Shown here: positions 35,328-37,731 of the stretch, one piece after another | How the letters are laid out: every line of letters begins with the position of its first letter | How positions within the stretch are numbered: position 1 is the stretch's first letter | NCBI GenBank assembly: GCA_965365595.1 | Contig: CBDUCG010000002.1 | Location: 1-37,731, forward strand | Direction of reading: 5' to 3' | DNA: 37,731 bases | Source of the DNA: an uncultured bacterium | GTDB lineage: Bacteria > Desulfobacterota_D > UBA1144 > Nemesobacterales > UBA2774 | Position numbers and translations under genes: made by a program | Notes under the pieces: generated by a model | Seen by the model: the letters and a program-made list of their open reading frames with translations, nothing else | Databases searched by the model: none | Told to the model about the DNA's origin: nothing

Positions 35328-35634
35328 CTTCTATCTTCCTGCTTCTGTTTTTACGTGTTCTCTTGGATTTGCTCTTTTCTTTTTCTTTTATTTGCTCCGT
35401 AAGTTCAGTTAGGAATTCCAATCCCTTTCCGGCGGCTTTAGATGGCAACTCCTTCAGAAACTTCCTGCCTTCTTCATTTTTAAGGAGATCTTTAGCTCCT
35501 TTTATGGCAAAACCAGTGCCCACAACAAACTCGGCTGCGCTTGTAATAAAGTGTTCACCCGCCTTGCTTAAATCACCGAGATCTATATCGGACGGATTAA
35601 CTCTACTTTTATTACCACCCCGTTTTTTTACCAT
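35320..35634 (-). CDS. Small (104 aa) protein with basic termini; function unknown
   Basis: AGGAGA lies 6 nt upstream of the ATG, and a TATAAT-like hexamer is at 35660..35655. The 3' end overlaps the glnE TTG start by 8 nt. Both termini are strongly basic (MVKKRGGNKSR... and ...KSKSKRTRKNRSRK). I recognised no family. Confidence 0.6.
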   Translation of the reverse strand: MVKKRGGNKSRVNPSDIDLGDLSKAGEHFITSAAEFVVGTGFAIKGAKDLLKNEEGRKFLKELPSKAAGKGLEFLTELTEQIKEKEKSKSKRTRKNRSRKIEVE

Positions 35635-35736
35635 TGTTTTTCTCCTGCAATGAAATTATACACAGCATTAAAATACTATAAACAAGTAGAAAGAGTCTAC
35701 CACAAGGCCTCCAACTACATAATACAAAATGACCTG

Positions 35737-37731
35737 TTAACTGAAGTAATAGGGATCCACATCGATTGTGCATCTTACGCTGGATGAAATTTTCGAAACA
35801 GTGGTGAGCAGTTGCTTGGAAAAACTATGAAGCACTCCCGCATTTGTCGATTTAATAAGCATCTGAAAGCGAAAACGGTTTCTTATTTTATATATGGGAC
35901 ATGGCGAAGGGCCCAATATTTCCAGTGCCCCAATAGGCAATTTAGATGTCATCCTGCGTGCTATATTATCCGACTCTTCAATTACCTGCTCCGTCTCAGA
36001 TTCAAATCGTCCTGAGAACCTCAGATTTACCATTCTTGAATAGGGTGGATATCTGAGCTCTTCTCTCAATTTTATTTCCTGTTCCAGAAACCCCTTACTA
36101 TTCTGATCCGTAGCATATGTAATGCTAGGGTGGTCAGGATTATAAGTCTGAACTAGGACTTTACCTGGGTGATCACCCCGCCCGGAACGTCCGGCAACCT
36201 GAGTTATCAACTGAAAGGTCCTCTCGCCTGAGCGGAAATCCGGTATTCCAAGAGATATATCCGCTGAAATAACACCTACAAGGGTTACTCCGGGAAGATC
36301 GTGCCCCTTGGCAACCATCTGAGTTCCTATAAGCACATCTATTTCTCCACGTTCAAGTCGGGAGTAGAGTTTAAGGAGTTTATTTTTACCGCTAGCAGTA
36401 TCTCTATCCATTCTCGCGACAGTCGCATCAGGCAGAATTCTTTTAACTTCCTCCTCCACTTTTTGGGTTCCTATCCCTAGACCCCTCATATGCGCCCCAC
36501 ATTTACTGCAGTCGGGAATAGACTTTTCCGATAACCCGCACATGTGGCACTTAATAGAGTCATCCCCTACATGATAGGTCAGAGACACACTGCAGTTGGG
36601 ACATTTCAACATTTCACCGCACGACTGGCATATTAATAGCCCAGAATAGCCTCTTCTGTTTAGAAAAAGAATTGTCTGCTTGTTTTCCTCAAAGTTTGCC
36701 ATTATTGATTGCTGTAATGTTTGGGAAAAAACAGCCCCTTTTTCATTTTTCATATCCACTACCTGTATTTCAGGCAAGGACTTATCTTCAACCCTGAGAG
36801 GCATCGAAAGATATTCATATCTGTTTTTCAGTGCGTTGCTATATGTTTCAACCGATGGAGTGGCTGACCCAAGCACTACAACAGAATGCGTCATTCTTCC
36901 GAGTACCATAGACAAGTCTCTCGCATTATACGGCGGGGCTTCTTCCTGCTTGAAACTCGTTTCATGTTCCTCATCAACGATTATGATTCCCAAATTTTTA
37001 AGCGGAGCGAAAATTGCCGACCGTGCACCTATTACAACACTGGCCTCTCCCCGGCTTGCCATTCTCCACGCGTCAAACCGCTCTCCGTCCGAAAGAGCAC
37101 TGTGTATAACCGTGACCTTATCACCGAAACGTGATCTAAACCTTTTAACAAGCTGCGGCGTAAGCGAAATTTCGGGCACCAAAACGAGCGCTTCTTTTCC
37201 TTTTTTCAGAACCTTCGAGATCGATCTTAAATAAACCTCCGTTTTACCGCTTCCGGTTACTCCGTGCAGCAAAAAAGATTTAAATTTCCGGTCTTCAACA
37301 GCCCGGGTTATCTTTCTATAAGCCAAATCCTGATCTAGGTTAAGCTCGGGAGGCTTAGTTTTTGATATCTTAATTTGTGAGAAAGGATTTCTCGATATCT
37401 CCTGATACTCTATTTTAATGAATTCATTTTTTTCAAGCCACGGCAGATGCGACCCTACATTACCGAATATTTCCTTTAAATCATTTAAAACAACCTTCCT
37501 GTGCCTAAGTATGTATTCCAGAATTTCAGCCTTTGCGTGTTTTCTTTCAAGGGATTTGCTCTCTAGACTCGCCCCGTCTCCGGCCACTATTATTTTCTCC
37601 GTTTTTATTTTCGAATCAGAGGCAAGCTCATAGCTGAATTTAATTAAATTTCTCCTCTTAAATGAGTTGAGAAGCTCGTTAGAAGTATTTTCAACCAGAT
37701 TTAAAAGCTTTTGGGATGTTATTTCCTGAGA
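35737..37731 (-). CDS. priA: Primosomal protein N' (PriA helicase); the N-terminus lies beyond the right window edge
   Basis: GVTGSGKTEVY (Walker A) and VDEEHE (DExH) are present. The Cys-rich Zn region reads CQSCGEMLKCPNCSVSLTYH...CHMCG...CSKCG. The tracked GTG 37587 is internal: my translation stays open in frame to 37731 (SQEITSQKLLNLVENTSNELLNSFKRRNLIKFSYELASDSKIKTEKIIVAGDG...). Confidence 0.9.
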   Translation of the reverse strand, partial: SQEITSQKLLNLVENTSNELLNSFKRRNLIKFSYELASDSKIKTEKIIVAGDGASLESKSLERKHAKAEILEYILRHRKVVLNDLKEIFGNVGSHLPWLEKNEFIKIEYQEISRNPFSQIKISKTKPPELNLDQDLAYRKITRAVEDRKFKSFLLHGVTGSGKTEVYLRSISKVLKKGKEALVLVPEISLTPQLVKRFRSRFGDKVTVIHSALSDGERFDAWRMASRGEASVVIGARSAIFAPLKNLGIIIVDEEHETSFKQEEAPPYNARDLSMVLGRMTHSVVVLGSATPSVETYSNALKNRYEYLSMPLRVEDKSLPEIQVVDMKNEKGAVFSQTLQQSIMANFEENKQTILFLNRRGYSGLLICQSCGEMLKCPNCSVSLTYHVGDDSIKCHMCGLSEKSIPDCSKCGAHMRGLGIGTQKVEEEVKRILPDATVARMDRDTASGKNKLLKLYSRLERGEIDVLIGTQMVAKGHDLPGVTLVGVISADISLGIPDFRSGERTFQLITQVAGRSGRGDHPGKVLVQTYNPDHPSITYATDQNSKGFLEQEIKLREELRYPPYSRMVNLRFSGRFESETEQVIEESDNIARRMTSKLPIGALEILGPSPCPIYKIRNRFRFQMLIKSTNAGVLHSFSKQLLTTVSKISSSVRCTIDVDPYYFS

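Noticed and set aside
35213-35653. 146-aa plus-strand ORF spanning the glnE start and the small basic ORF
   Set aside because: It is antisense to two co-directional minus-strand genes with good SD sites. Its Phe/Leu/Ser-rich translation is typical of the reverse strand of Lys/Glu-rich coding sequence.
36680-37234. 184-aa plus-strand ORF
   Set aside because: It is antisense to priA (helicase motifs intact on the minus strand) and is a shadow ORF.

Overview
This is a gene-dense, mostly housekeeping chromosomal segment from a low-GC diderm bacterium. The diderm call rests on an OMF lipoprotein, an outer-membrane beta-barrel protein and lipoproteins. I support 33 protein-coding genes, two of them cut by the window edges. 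There are three intact tRNAs: initiator fMet-CAU, Lys-UUU and Glu-UUC. There is also one decayed tRNA-fMet copy and one multiply disrupted pseudogene for a PHP-family Tyr-phosphatase. Recognisable functions are: hemA-hemC; folE plus two tandem PTPS/QueD paralogs; a DUF4175-like / peptidase-MA-TPR / MoxR operon; an orphan nuoM; Fur; DUF59 plus Mrp/ApbC Fe-S carriers; a CbpA-like DnaJ plus DUF1844; PfkB kinase; MTAP; RsmG; a membrane-anchored SNase; TrmI; an MFS transporter; isochorismatase; PckA; CarD/CdnL; DUF58 plus a BatA-N/vWA protein; an AlkP-family phosphodiesterase; GlnE; and PriA. I saw no CRISPR array, integrase, transposase or recognisable complete defence system. The items most worth a second look are: (1) a MoxR/DUF58/BatA/DUF4175 module of unknown function, split into two operons about 15 kb apart and carrying a peptidase-MA-TPR partner; (2) a DEDDh exonuclease fused to a C-terminal WYL-like sensor domain; (3) a 41-bp duplicate of the initiator-tRNA 3' half that brackets a 1.3-kb one-gene segment like an att scar; (4) a nuclease gene whose signal anchor is separated from its catalytic domain by a T/A homopolymer frameshift; (5) an orphan nuoM with its own promoter. 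All calls come from reading the sequence and ORF translations by eye. Promoter and terminator calls are tentative and no database search was run.
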